The notes: a model not told the origin generated them from the sequence alone. A DNA stretch of 63,413 nt, filler included, from Choristocarpus tenellus KU-1152 (GCA_964200185.2; 11 parts of 11 records of this genome joined end to end with filler, not necessarily neighbours in it); one strand, 5' to 3'. Shown: positions 13,751-26,273, counted from the whole stretch's first letter. Program-made: numbers and translations.

Positions 13751-15128
13751 CTGTTTATTCCCTCAGGTATTTGGGAATTTTATCTGTTGTTCTAGTAGCT
13801 TTGCACTAGAGGACAGTCCAATGGAATCAAAATATCATTATTGTACTCTGTACTCTGTAGCACCAGTGAATGCTTCAGCTTCTCTCAAAAGAAAATTATC
13901 AGTCAGAACATACAAAATGCAGATAGTGACTGTTGTGTGTGCTGTTATTCCTGTGTAGTCAACAACAACAACAATGTGCCAGGAAGAAAGGCCAGTGTAT
14001 ATGTATCTTCAAATATATCCTTAACTCAAGTTGTGGGTCAATTAGTCAACTGGAAGTGTGTGTCTGTGCTGGGCCTTGAGCTTTCTGTTATTTCCCTTGC
14101 GTGCCAAAACTCGAAGAGTTCTCAGGGAAATTTGGATTATTTCTTGATCTCGTCCAAGTTGGAAGTACTCCAGAATATTTATTACATTTATTGAAGTTAA
14201 TGCCATTGATACATTGTTACATTTTGTTGTCAATACTACGATGATAATATACTATACTCATGAACATTTTCACCCCTCAAAAAATATGGATCACTTTGTA
14301 ACACATTCTTACATGTTTGCTTAGTATCATGGACATAACACATGTTAATGTATGTTTTCCCCTCTACTGTTACGGGCATTGTATGGCATTATCTTGTTGA
14401 TATGACACAAACATCTTGTTTGCAACACAATCAAACGTGACATACGTAACATAGTGTTCCGTGTAGAACATCATTTAATGTGCATCACATAATGGTGGGT
14501 ATACAGTGTGGGGTCAAAGTATCTGGGGGNNNNNNNNNNNNNNNNNNNNNNNNNNNNNNNNNNNNNNNNNNNNTTAATTAATTAANNNNNNNNNNNNNNN
14601 NNNNNNNNNNNNNNNNNNNNNNNNNNNNNCCCCCCCTCCCAGATACTTTGGGTCATAGGTCACATCGCTGATGTAAAATAGTTTCTGACTTCTAGCAATG
14701 CTACCTGCACCCTTCAATGTTGACTTAACTGAACATGAACTACAACAACAACAAGAGTTGTAATATCAGCCAATTGCTTTGTTTGGCAAAGGAAAAAAGT
14801 GTTGAACAACGGAACATACACGTGCATCACTGCACCCAGGCCACAGGGGGAAAAGAGCATAATAATGACGAAAAAGAGAAAGAGAGAGGAAATGAAAAAA
14901 TATGGGGAGTAGAATCTAAAGAAAGGCAAGATTCTAATACTGACCCTGGAGTGTGAAGATCACTCTTCAAAAGGAACTTGAAAGTGGATCTCTCTTTGTA
15001 TCCGTTTCCCCGTCATATTATTATTTTTCAATAATAAATAATAGATAAGAGTAATATGTAATAGCAATCTTTTTGATGCTCGCTGAAAACGTTTGGGAAA
15101 AAATCGTGTGGGCACGTCAACAACGAAC

Positions 15129-15362
15129 CTCATCAATATCAAGGCGGTGCATTAATCTTGTTATCTCGCCCTCTGCCAAGTCAGCCCCAAGGCGTTGCAG
15201 GGCCCGTCTCAACCTTTGCCGTGGTAGAACACCCTCCCCATCCCGCCTGTGACCAGCAGGCTCTAGCTCCTCCATCACATGGGCCTCAGAAACAGTTGAC
15301 AGGCTGTTTTGGTACATTGCCAAAGAGCACAACATGTCAGTCAGAGAACAATAGGGAGGCAC
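15129..15362 (-). CDS. Exon encoding an EF-hand-like segment
   Basis: cccag| acceptor, |gttcgt donor, 78 codons. DGEGVLPRQRLRRALQRLGADLAEGEITRLMHRLDIDE resembles a calmodulin-type helix-loop-helix pair. Confidence 0.75.
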
Positions 15363-16336
15363 CTGGAGGAGCAGGATAAAATAACCCCTTCAACTCAGAT
15401 TGTATCTATGCATTATCTTCTTGTGCAACCTGTGCAATAGACTTGTTAAACCCTCCTCTCTCCTTCACACATACTGAATTTTACAAGGCCAAGGGCAATT
15501 CAATGGTGTTGTGAATCACAACACTTCAGTCGGCTTCACTTCAATTAATTGGGATAACCGAGAAACAGAACCAAAAAACAAACAAACATTTTTTTAAAAA
15601 TTGCGATACAAACAGCGAGGTGTGACTACTGAGTATGCCAGATGTCACAGAACCACTTGTTCGTCACAAGGTGTCACCAAAAAGTCTTGAGGTCATTAGA
15701 AACAATTTCAATGTTGTCGAGAAGGACAGATCTGGAAGTTCTGGAAATACCATCGTTCTATGGGTCCGGCAATAGAGAGTAGAGAGAGCCTCAACCGCTT
15801 TCATTTCCAAATTTCCGTCGAGGACCAAGTCCTTCTATCTAGTTTGATTTACAAGTGCAAGAATGTGCAAAAGCAGTAAAAGACCATAACTAAACATCTC
15901 TCAAGACACGCCCAACTAAGATAGAGTCGATTCTCACTGCTTGAAGGGAGGGAGTCCATGTTGGTGAGCACAGGAGCCAACGAAGACGCTATAGTGTGAC
16001 GAAAGTAAGTCAGACGTTACTTTTTGCAGAGATTCATCAGATTGATCTAGAACAGGATAGCGAGTGCGGAGCAACTGGTGGAGTCCTCAATAGAGGCGTT
16101 AAGGGCGCGCCAAACACCAAGGCAGTCGACAGCTAACCTGACGGTGGAGCTAAAACTGTTCTCGGACAAGAAAGAGGTCTGGCAGAGCTGGTCAACAATA
16201 AGTAGTGTAACACAAGATCTCTCAGGTGCTACACGGCTTTCAACATGCTTGAGAAGGCTATCAATATCGGGCACTCCGACTTCAACAGCATGGACGTTAA
16301 CACGAATCAGCTGCTCGAGACTGAGGTCCATATTAT

Positions 16337-16596
16337 CCTAGAGGGGGGGATGTTAAGCCCATCGTGTTGTCCATTTGGGTCTCGACAAGGTGTTGTATAT
16401 ACCCTGTTTGATACCCATTTAGTTGCCTGTTTTGCATGTAATTTTCCTTTGAATTTGGTTCAGGCATGGGCATGGAAAAGGAATGTGTGTTCAGACGAAA
16501 AAAAAGGCCCTTACATCTATCACGTTCGCTCAAATGACATGGGAATCACTAGAGGGTCACCAAGGCTCCCAATGGAGGGGTGACACCCCCTCTAGC
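16337..16596 (+). mobile_element. MITE family C (260 bp; TIR cctagaggggg...ccccctctagc)
   Basis: 7-bp near-direct repeat atattat/atactat. Removing the element plus one TSD (267 bp) restores the Copia gag frame. Confidence 0.88.
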
Positions 16597-17946
16597 ATAC
16601 TATGGATCTGAGGTTGGCGTGAAAGTTACTAGTCACCACATACAGGGACACCACCTTCAAGATCGCGGTAGGCATGGACTCACCAAGCCAGGCTTGGAAG
16701 GTGCTGCTACCATACTATCAGTCTGATAGTAGTAGCGAGCAACGCCGACTACAACATGGATTAAACACAATGGCAATGGATCTAGGAGGATTTCCGACCA
16801 AGTTTACACTCCACATTGATCAAGTTGTGGAGGAGCTCAAGAGGTTGGGGTTAAGGAGTCAGAAGACCAGGTCAACACCAATATTTTCAGTTGAATTTCC
16901 ATGGAGAGATGAGATGAAAAGTAGAATGCAGGATATAGCTATGCATCGATTACGCAAATGAGGATTGACAACGTGATTGTGCAGCAATATGAGCGACTAA
17001 AAAACGGATAAAGAAGCCGCTGAATATGCTGCGCTTGTCGCAGCAAGTCAAGGACTTACTGAGGCCGCAAGGTGCCAGCTCTGTGTGGGACTGGGTAACA
17101 TGACATAGTAATGCAAGTTCAAGAAAGAAGAATTCGTGGGAAATGTGCAAGTGGGGGCACAAGACAAGGGACAGCTGTGGGGGAAAACCCACAGGACAGC
17201 CACAATCAAGGAACACAGGGATATATTCTGCAACAAGATTGGACACTTTACCAAGAACTGCCGCAACTGGTCTAATCAAAGTGGTGGGAACGATGATAAG
17301 ACCTCAGGTCCAAACCACGTGGAAACTCTGATGGCGACCATGGTGGACACAGCTTGGCCAAACTATGCTACCTGTTCATTGGATGTGGTGGGTGACTAGA
17401 CTGAACAGGCTTTGGAGTCAGAGGCGACAACCCGCATGGCACCAGGTGCAAGTGACATGATCAATTCTAAGCTGGTATCAGGCGCAACAGTGGAGCTCTT
17501 CAACAGAAACTCGCGGAGGTGAAGGGCTATGGAAACTGGAGTCGCAGAAGAAGCAGCCCGACAATGGAGCACCAAAAATTTCCATGATGGAAAGGGGAAC
17601 ACCAGTACCAGACTTGAGGTAGAATCTACTATCAGTGAAGAGCGCTTTAAAAACATCAGACCATGACAATCACATGAAGGCTGACATAGCGGTACTGGGT
17701 GATGATGACGACACACACTGCTTTCATTCTGGGGACAAAGGACTGCATGTTGTCAAGATACAATGTGCTAAGGCACCCACGCAAACAACTCATGCGAGCT
17801 ATGACCAACTGCTATGGCATCACATAAACAGGGAGTTGGAAACCCTTCTTAGGGCCCTCCAAGGCATTAGCGCACAGACACGTGATACTCAAGATAGCAG
17901 ACAACAAAACAAAAAAACGTCTGGGATGATTATTGATCCATTGTAT

Positions 17947-18452
17947 CCAACAGGGGTGTCAGGCCTTCATCAGGGGTCTGTGACACCCTGTAATGATTCC
18001 CATGTCATTTGGGTACACCTGTCAGATGTAAGGACAATTTTCTTCATCTGAACACACCTTCCTTTTCCATCCCCTTACCTAAACCAGTTTTGAAGGAAAT
18101 CACCTGCAAAATGGGCATCAAACTGGGGTATCTTACAACACCTCATCATGCCCCGAATGGACAACATGGGAGTGAAAGTATCTTAGAGGGTACGATTTTT
18201 GCCCTGTTTGTCCATATGGGACTTGGCTTTCCACAGGTGTTTTATGACATTTTCCTACTCCGAAACATTTCGGAGTAGGTCAAAATGTGTACGTTATTAA
18301 TAGGTCTATCTGTAACAAGGATATAAACACTTCCTAGCAAACACGATAGCCAAAATTCATCAAAATCAGAACAATGGATTTTGACCCCAAATGGACGAGG
18401 CTTTGCCCTCTAAGATACTTTGGCTCATGGGCTAAACATATCCCCCTCTAGG
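17947..18452 (-). mobile_element. MITE family C copy (inverted), interrupted by a family A copy
   Basis: Reverse complement aligns with 16337-16596; ends ccccctctagg. TSD not clear. Confidence 0.85.
18170..18426 (+). mobile_element. MITE family A copy nested in MITE C
   Basis: TIRs gagtgaaagtatcttagaggg / ccctctaagatactttggctc; atgg/atgg TSD. Confidence 0.93.
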
Positions 18453-19061
18453 AAGGATACTATGGGCCATTTGTGAACCTGACGGAGCCAAGGAGGAAAA
18501 CACTACGCCATTATCTTTGTCATTGACCACCCTCTCATGAAGCGGGAGTAGCTTGTGTAGCAGTGCAGTGGATACACACAGGGAAGTCATCATGGATGCA
18601 GCTAAACCAATAAAGTAGAGCATTGATGTCATTCGCACTGAGGAAGGAGGTGAGTTCCAAGGAGAGTTCCACAAATTCCTAACAGAGTTGTCTATCCAAC
18701 TCAAAATGTAAGTACCTGATAGACCTCAAGATAATGGGTTGGTGGAGAGTGCTCAAAGTCTGCTGAAAGAGAAAACAGTGGCTATGGCACTATGCAGCAT
18801 TTCGATGAAAGGAGGGATGAAGCTCAAATCAGTGGGACTGATGGAGGAGGAGGTACCCAAGAAAATGGTAATTGCAAGCTCTGGTCATGCCAGAGGTACT
18901 AGCAAGTGAGCGATCACCTGAACCAACAAATCTGTCATAAGCTCTTTTGTTGGCAGAATTAAAACATTGGGAGAAGGCATTTGAAGTTGAAATGGAGGGA
19001 CTGGAAAATAATAATATTTCGACACAGTTGCCACGCTCAACTGACGCAAGATGGTTGGATT

Positions 19062-19320
19062 GAGCCAAAGTATCTTAGAGGGTAGAGCCGAGTCCATTTG
19101 GGGGTCAAAATCCAATGTTGCGATTTTCATATAATTTTGCCTATCGTGTTTGTTAGGAAGTGTCAATATCCATGTTTCGGACACACCTTTTCACAATGTA
19201 TACCCTTTACCTACTCTTAAATATTTTGGAGTAGAAAAGTGTCATAAAATAACCCATGGGAACGCAAGCCCCAAATGGACAAAAAGGGCAAAACTCATAC
19301 CCTCTAAGATACTTTCACTA
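19062..19320 (-). mobile_element. MITE family A copy in Copia RT
   Basis: gagccaaagtatcttagagggta ... taccctctaagatactttcacta; gatt/gatt TSD. Confidence 0.93.
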
Positions 19321-19643
19321 GATTGAAAGAAGTATTCAAAAGAAAAGTTGATGAGAACAACAAAGTGGTGAGATACAAGTGCTGATCTGTGGCGCAAGGC
19401 TTCTGGCAAATCCCTGGACGGGTCTATATGGAGAAGTTCACACCAACACCATCGGCATCAAGCACCAGGATATTGCTTGGCAGGAGCAGCAATGGAGAAT
19501 CTGGAGCTAAGATGTCTGTATGTGGAACCAGCATTCATTCAAGCATCGTTGGAGGAGAGTTACTGGAGCAGTACGATTTCCTGGGACTGTTGACAAACTT
19601 TACAGTTCCATATATTGTTTAATCCAGGCACACGGAACTGAAA

Positions 19644-19752
19644 GAGTGAAAGTATCTCAGAGGGTACAAGTTTTGCCCTGTTTGTCCATTTGGGGCTTGG
19701 CTGTCCATGGGATGTTTTATGACATTTTTCTATTCCCAAATATTTCGGAGTA
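19644..19752 (+). mobile_element. MITE family A, left half, cut by the gap
   Basis: gagtgaaagtatctcagagggta followed by the family A interior. Confidence 0.88.
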
Positions 19753-19893
19753 NNNNNNNNNNNNNNNNNNNNNNNNNNNNNNNNNNNNNNNNNNNNTTAA
19801 TTAATTAANNNNNNNNNNNNNNNNNNNNNNNNNNNNNNNNNNNNNNNNNNNNGTAAGAAAGATGGCCTAGAATGCAAAAGGGTTCAAACCTGC

Positions 19894-20074
19894 GGCTCAA
19901 AGTATCTGGGTGGGGGGGGGGATCTACACAAGGGTGTTCATTCAGGCCCTGACCAGGAAAAGTGCACTTACATATTATCCATCCGACACATGCACCAAAT
20001 CACCCTTAAAGTGCAACATCGAAAAATGGGCTCCGAATCGACAGCCACCACCCCTGCCCCAGATACTTTGATCC
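19894..20074 (+). mobile_element. MITE family B (about 180-200 bp; TIR followed by a G run), nested in the right end of a family D copy (19853-20101)
   Basis: ggctcaaagtatctggg ... cccagatactttgatcc; tgc/tgc duplication. The empty site caaacctgcctacc is visible at 23016-23029. Confidence 0.9.
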
Positions 20075-20399
20075 TGCCTACCTTTCAACTGGTTTTGGTT
20101 CAAGGGACATGAACAAGGTAGGAAACAGTAGAAACAGTAGTACGAAGCGCTACTATAATTAAATCATATTACTGGTTGCTCAGTTTAAAAGGATAATAGG
20201 ATGGCTATCACCAGGAAAACGAAAGTGCCCCTCTGGTGTTTCAGAGTCGAGCTAACCCATTTCAATAGGATGATCTCACTGCTCAAGATTATAAGCAGAA
20301 GTTGATGCCCGAAGGACAGCGAAATTATATATCATTGTTTGTATCTCTGACCATTATCTATTATTGCTTCACAAAGCGTTTGATTCGAGGTATAGAAAA

Positions 20400-22700
20400 T
20401 GACAAATGACTGACCACCACAACATCCATTTCATTGAGTGTAATATATATGAGCGTAGTATTAATTAGTATTTTATCAGGATATCACTTGCCAAAGGTTG
20501 ATATATGTGGTCAGCATAGGAATCAAGCTACACGAGTTTTGAGTGTATGGAGTCAATATATCAGTCAGCGTAAATCCGAGTGAGGTTGGTGGAGTAATGG
20601 AATGTGGTCAGCATAGCGTCATCGAGCTCATCAAGATCAAGGTATGGGGGCATGGTGTTGGTAACAGGTGCTGGGACACACATGGAAACCACTGGCGTAG
20701 CTGCCACTATGGTTTGGAATAGCCAACCAGATGTGTAAAAGGAATTCACCAGTGGTGTTGAGCGAAAGCAAGTATATCATAGATACGTTGAACCAAAACA
20801 TTTAAGAGGGTAGGGCTGCGTCCGTTCGGGTTCATAAATCCAATGTTTCGATTTTGATGAATTTTGGTTATCGTGTTTGTTAGCAAGTGTCAATATCCTT
20901 GCTCCGGACACACCTTCAATAGTCATACACATTCTAGGCAACTGTGGTCACACAGAAAACCGAAAAAAGGCATAAAACCCCGCGGGAAGCCAAGCATCAA
21001 ACGGGCAAACGGGGCAAAACTTTTTCCCACTTTAATGGTTTGACTCTGTTTGTTATCCCACCAATACTATTATATCTTGGGCTGTATCCAATAGATATAC
21101 AAGAGTAAGTTGATTTATATGTATGTGCGTATTGTGTAGTAGTGGGGCTTTCCCCCACTTCATCCCTTGTGCATCAATCTAGTGTAGAGATCAAACATCG
21201 ATGACAGTGTACACGGTCCTTATCTAATATATCATGAAAGGAATCATACCCTTGCGAAACGTTCATCATAACGCAAGAATCGTCAAACACATAGGACTAG
21301 CAATGTGGTCAGTCTGAATACGAGTCAAGAGGTATATATGGCCAGCATAGAAGTCTCTGGTATCCTGTACAACCAGAGGATACTCTAGAATGGGGAAATA
21401 ATGAGTAAACGCTTTACCTTGTCAACAACTGTTCAGTAGAGTCTGTGAGCTGACGACACTTAATGAGCGTTATACAATGATTTTGATCAACACTCTGTTG
21501 TGCGAAAGATACAAGTGCGTGTATGACGCAATCAAAATCATCAAGCAGATGAGATCAACAGATGATATATGCGTACTTCTCCTTCCTCACATTCTGATGT
21601 AAAACATATTGCTCACAACGACGATACTACTTAAAGCGGACAATAGGACGTACAATATTGGTGACTCAACTCTCAAACAGTATGAGGTGACTGCACGGTC
21701 ATACATCATCTTGGAGGCATTATGCCATTTCAAAGATAAATAAAAATGCAACTGATCTGAAGTCTCCATCACTGACTATAGTGACGGGATAATCCTTGGA
21801 CTAATGTGAACCAGTTGTAATAGCAATAATAAATAAATAAATAAAAAAAAGAAGGAACGTATGAAGGTACCTCCATGTCTCCATGTAATACCTGTATTAT
21901 GAAGTGATTATTCAAGTTTAGAGGGTTGGATGTTTGGGATATGAAGCTGAACTTCTGGTTAGACGATTTGATCGAATGAAAATATCCTATACGCATTAGT
22001 AAAAAAGTCAATTTTGCATATGTTTGTGAGCACCCTTAAAATACAACTCTGGGTACTTCTTGTTTACTTTGACTCAGTTCAAGGAAAGGTAAGGATGCAA
22101 AGGTTAGTAGACGCCCTCTTGTATCCACCAATATTACGGTCAACACTTTTGTTGAACTAGGCTTCCTCAGGGCCAGAAGAAATGATATTCCCTAAAGGTG
22201 GGTGTAAGAATGAACGGGCTTCGTCTACTTGTACATCCTCTTTCCCAAGTTCACAAGTTACTGAAGTCTGAAATGAAGATTTGTGCATCGCACGCAGATC
22301 GGGTAATCTCGCGACCTGCCAAGAGTTTGATGTATATGTTGAAGAACAGTTTCATACAAAGTGATTGTAATTTACTGTGTTTGTATGGAGGCTATGATAT
22401 ATATGGAGGATAATTGGATTTCTTGTGGTCTCAACGTTAAATTTTAAAAAATGCCAAAATACATACTATTTGTATTTGTGTGGAAAACGTTTCTTTTTGG
22501 TTACAACCATCATAATTTTGTGAGGCTTGAAAAATCTTGGTTTATGGAACCATTTCTACCTAACCTATATTTGTGTTATTACCAAGTTTACTAGTCGATA
22601 TTCTTGTGTAATTTATACACCAGATTTTTTGTACCTCCTCCAATTTGTTGAATGGATTGTATGCGAACAGTGACTTCACCTTGTTAATTATTATAATGGT
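20400..22700 (-). pseudogene. Putative endogenous viral element: decayed FtsJ/RrmJ-type (K-D-K-E) cap methyltransferase region resembling an RNA-virus L-protein C-terminus
   Basis: Motifs in order across three frameshifts: RAMHK (22294-22280), ISSGPEEA (about 22183-22160), VLHGDMEV (about 21891-21868), LKW (21733-21725), IVRP...EQYVL (about 21656-21600). No introns; few stops. Limits approximate. Confidence 0.42.
20790..21046 (-). mobile_element. MITE family A variant (subfamily with a different TIR core)
   Basis: Interior homologous to family A; ends gaaccaaaacatttaagagggta / tcccactttaatggtttgactc; cgtt/tgtt flanks. Confidence 0.85.
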
Positions 22701-22788
22701 GTGAGTCCATTACAACTTTCAAACCAACTAAGAGGGAGGCAGGGTTGCATTTTAAGGATCTCGAGAAAGGGCAAAAATATGCCATTTT

Positions 22789-23047
22789 GAGTCAAACCAA
22801 CTGAGAGGGAGGGAGGTTCGCATTATAAATCCCCCAAGAAAGGTCAAAAGGTGCTATTTTGTACAAATGCAAAAAGAGCCTTTGCTGAATTGTGATGTGT
22901 CACTCTATGTGTGGAAAACAGGAATATTAAATTGTGTACATCATTGTGCATATAAAGCATTGAAATAGGGTGTATTGCACAGGGTAAGGAAAACGGCTTG
23001 GAATGTAAAAGGGTTCAAACCTGCCTACCTATCAATTGTTTCGGCTC
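22789..23047 (+). mobile_element. MITE family D (about 260 bp), preceded by a partial copy at about 22719-22788
   Basis: TIRs gagtcaaaccaactgagaggga / tacctatcaattgtttcggctc; tttt/tttt flanks. Homologues at 45678, 46132 and 46408. Confidence 0.85.
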
Positions 23048-23682
23048 TTTTAGAGACTACGTTAGGAGGATATATATATATATATAATGTTCTATCACTC
23101 ACTCAGATTGGTCTGGCTATAGAGCTAAGGTAAACGAGGGGTACCTAGTTTTTGGGCGTATTGCATTATAAACCAGCTTTCCAATCTTTTGCAATTCACC
23201 CATATTTCTATNNNNNNNNNNNNNNNNNNNNNNNNNNNNNNNNNNNNNNNNNNNNTTAATTAATTAANNNNNNNNNNNNNNNNNNNNNNNNNNNNNNNNN
23301 NNNNNNNNNNNCCTTGAATCTTGACATCCCCCCCCCAAAAAAAACTCAAGTCATTTTTGTTAGGAAAGCCTCTGGAGGTGGGTAGGTACAACAGGGTGCC
23401 AGGAAAAAAGAAACCATGAACAGAAACAAAAAGGAGGTTTCACACAATAAAAAAAAAATACACTAGTACGTCTGCGCACCGATAGGCGGATGGATGATCG
23501 ATCTTAACCTTCATCGCCGGAATATGGAATGGGAAGTGAGAGGCTGCACACTAACCCTAACCCTAACCCTAACCCAGGGTGCACGGCGAAGGTTCCCCGT
23601 TGTATCAACACACTACCAACAAGGTGTTCTACCTCTAACTGGTGGAGTGATCCTTCTATACATGAGATGCATCCCATGTCCC

Positions 23683-23720
<38 letters not shown>

Positions 23721-23791
23721 AATAATCAACCGTGTGGAAAAAAAAACTCACACACACGTTAAAAAAAGAAGAAGAAGGAAGCCTCTCTCAC

Positions 23792-23904
23792 CCTTCTGCT
23801 CCCTCAGCAAAGAGAATCGTGTCCGTTCCTGCCCATGAAGCTCCAGCGATATCGTGGTCCCCCATTCCAGGCTCCCTGTCCCTGCTGGACGTGAGATAGA
23901 GGTC
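23792..23904 (-). CDS. Probable internal exon of a hypothetical protein (DLYLTSSRDREPGMG...AEGAE)
   Basis: tgtcag| acceptor, |gtgaga donor, open frame; GC-rich island in AT-rich flanks. Confidence 0.55.
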
Positions 23905-24162
23905 CTGACAACATGCAAATCAATAAATGAGTGCTGTGAAACGGAAGAGTTTTATGGTAAAAAATAAATAAATCGAACTTAATATACCCCCCCCTCCCTC
24001 CCCCCCCAAACAAAATTGATTGAACTGGATGGCGCGCACAAAATGCCTGCATGCGAAGAACTCCAACCAAGGCGTGCACAAGCCTCAGGCTTTATCTAAA
24101 GCTATGAGATGTGTACTATATGTGAGTTGTGGGCAGTGAAACTTTGTGACAAATATGCTAAG

Positions 24163-24361
24163 GGTTTGAAATATCTGGGGAGGGGGGTGGTGGTGGCTGT
24201 CCATTCAGGGCCTATTTTTCCAGGCTGTGATTTTTGTGTGATTTGGTTGCATGCGTCGGATGGATAATGTAAGTGCTCTTCTCCTGGTCAGGGTCCGAAT
24301 GGACACCCTGGCGTAGACCCCTCCCCCCCCCCCCTCCCCCCCCTCCCGGATACCTTTAGTC
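24163..24361 (-). mobile_element. MITE family B copy
   Basis: Reverse complement matches the 19894-20074 interior; G/C runs lie inside degenerate TIRs. Confidence 0.85.
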
Positions 24362-24455
24362 AGGTTTGTGTAGCTCACTGAGGTCTTGACGAGCTTTTCA
24401 GTCATACCTTCTGCCTGTATGTATTTCGATAAAAAAATAAAACACACCTAAATAG

Positions 24456-24629
24456 CTGAACCTTTTCATCTACTTGTTCCGATGTCAGTTGTCCTCAATT
24501 CTATTGAACTGAACCTATTCATCTACTTGTTCCGATGTCAGTTGTCCTCAATTCTATTGAACTGAACTTATTCATCTACTTGTTCCGATGTCAGTTGTCC
24601 TCCAATTCTATTGAACTGAACCTTTTCAT
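24456..24629. repeat. 53/54-bp tandem repeat, about 3.2 copies
   Basis: Unit ttcatctacttgttccgatgtcagttgtcctcaattctattgaactgaacct(a/t), near-identical copies. Confidence 0.95.
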
Positions 24630-25257
24630 ACTGTCGTAGTCTGCAGCAACCAGTAAAACAAACATGGCACAGAAGGACAAAACCTTGTTCATGTATGCGA
24701 GTCAGACTACCTGGGACAGGGCAGCAAGAAGACACGAATAATGCACACACTAAAAAAAAGAGAATTAATAAAGATAGTTCAGGGGTACATACACAAGGGT
24801 CAAAGGAGGGGAAAGGCTATGCATCTAGGCATTCAAAAGCCTGGCTCTCAGCCCTAGATGAAGCGATCACGTGCAAGGCCTGCCTCCTTAGATCAAGGCA
24901 TTACACACAGTCATACAATACAGATTTGTAAAATGTTTTCTTTTCTTGCCCACTGCTGTCCTTCCACCCCCCCCCCCAAAAGCAAAATCCTTAAGTACTC
25001 GTTACTACAACGACTGAGCATTGCCGCTCCCGCCGCTCCTGTCAACTGGTGAGATAACAGAACTGGGACCCAAACACAGACCAAGCTGGGGTACAGTCAA
25101 GCGAGACAAAATCAATGTGTCTACAACACTAACGCCATACTAGAACTACAAACCCCTTCCTCTATCCAAGCAAGACCGAATTCCTCCTGTCTCGGATGGA
25201 CTTGGTATGAAAGACGCGCAATGTCCTGTATCCTTTCTTGACAGTACCCTTTTTCAT

Positions 25258-25301
<44 letters not shown>

Positions 25302-26273
25302 ACATCTCCCCTCCACCGATACCAAAAGCACTTGCCTGATCTCCTCCAGATGTTGGGGTGATAGTGATTGCTACCTCTGGTAGCAATGGTCTGTTGGACG
25401 ACTCATCTCCGACCTCGATCTTTCGCAGGAAGGAACACACAATGTGGTGAGAAAGGATTCAGACGCACTAGAAAGATATTGAAGGCGTGAGCATACCGCT
25501 AATTATCATGGGGGCCTCAATAGACAGTTGTCAACACGATACCGTTTCATTTTACCACACTTGAACGTCCAGGAACACACGCCTTCAGTGACTTTAAAAC
25601 ACTGTTACTCTGGAGTACACAACTACAAAACACAGTTCTCACTGATGCATACCAGAGAGAGGGCCAATTCTCAATCTGCTTTCACTCTCTTTTTTTTTTC
25701 CATTTTTTTTGAGAAAAATATGGATCTTTACCGTACAGCAAGGCCACTGCACACTCTGAGAGTACTTGACACAACAGTCGGCTGCGGCGGGACCGACGAT
25801 AGAACGGAGGGTTATATATATATTTTTGAAGATTCACACAGCAGTAAAGCAATCTTTTCGACCACGACAAAAAGCCACCATCAAATAGAACAAGAACGTT
25901 CCCGGGTACTATTTTGATGGAACGCCTTCCATATACAGCACCGCAAACGGCACGAAACCGAGGGTGAACCTCACCGCCTTGAAAATGCAATCGCTCGATC
26001 AACATTTTCGATTCACCTAGGGGTCAAAGTATCTGGGGGGGGGGGGGGGGGGGGTCGGCGGCCGTTTTTCCCCCTTTTTTAGTTTTTTCCTTTTTTTGTG
26101 TTTTTTTGGGTCNNNNNNNNNNNNNNNNNNNNNNNNNNNNNNNNNNNNNNNNNNNNTTAATTAATTAANNNNNNNNNNNNNNNNNNNNNNNNNNNNNNNN
26201 NNNNNNNNNNNNTCCCCCCCCCCGGTGTCCCTCGACCCAGGGTCAGAAATAGGGTTAAGTGGATTTAACCTAC

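Larger units (their letters stand above)
15960..19643 (+). mobile_element. Decayed Copia (Ty1) LTR retrotransposon: gag, CCHC knuckle, INT, RT; carries several MITE insertions
   Basis: gag SPSQAWKVL; zinc knuckle CNKIGHFTKNC; INT SQGGKHYAIIFV, IRTEEGGEFQGEF, PQDNGLVES; RT HWEKAFEVEMEGLENN, VFKRKVDENNKVVRYKC*SVAQGFWQ. INT precedes RT, which is Copia order. LTR limits not resolved. Confidence 0.88.

Noticed and set aside
14512-14654. MITE B TIRs on both sides of a gap as proof of contiguity (also 53026-53175)
   Set aside because: Flanks give no matching TSD, and the G runs inside both TIRs would break assemblies anyway.
21190-21310. VFDD...ILDKDRVH as a Polinton/virophage packaging ATPase motif
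   Set aside because: No Walker A motif found upstream; better read as the continuation of the decayed MTase-bearing ORF.
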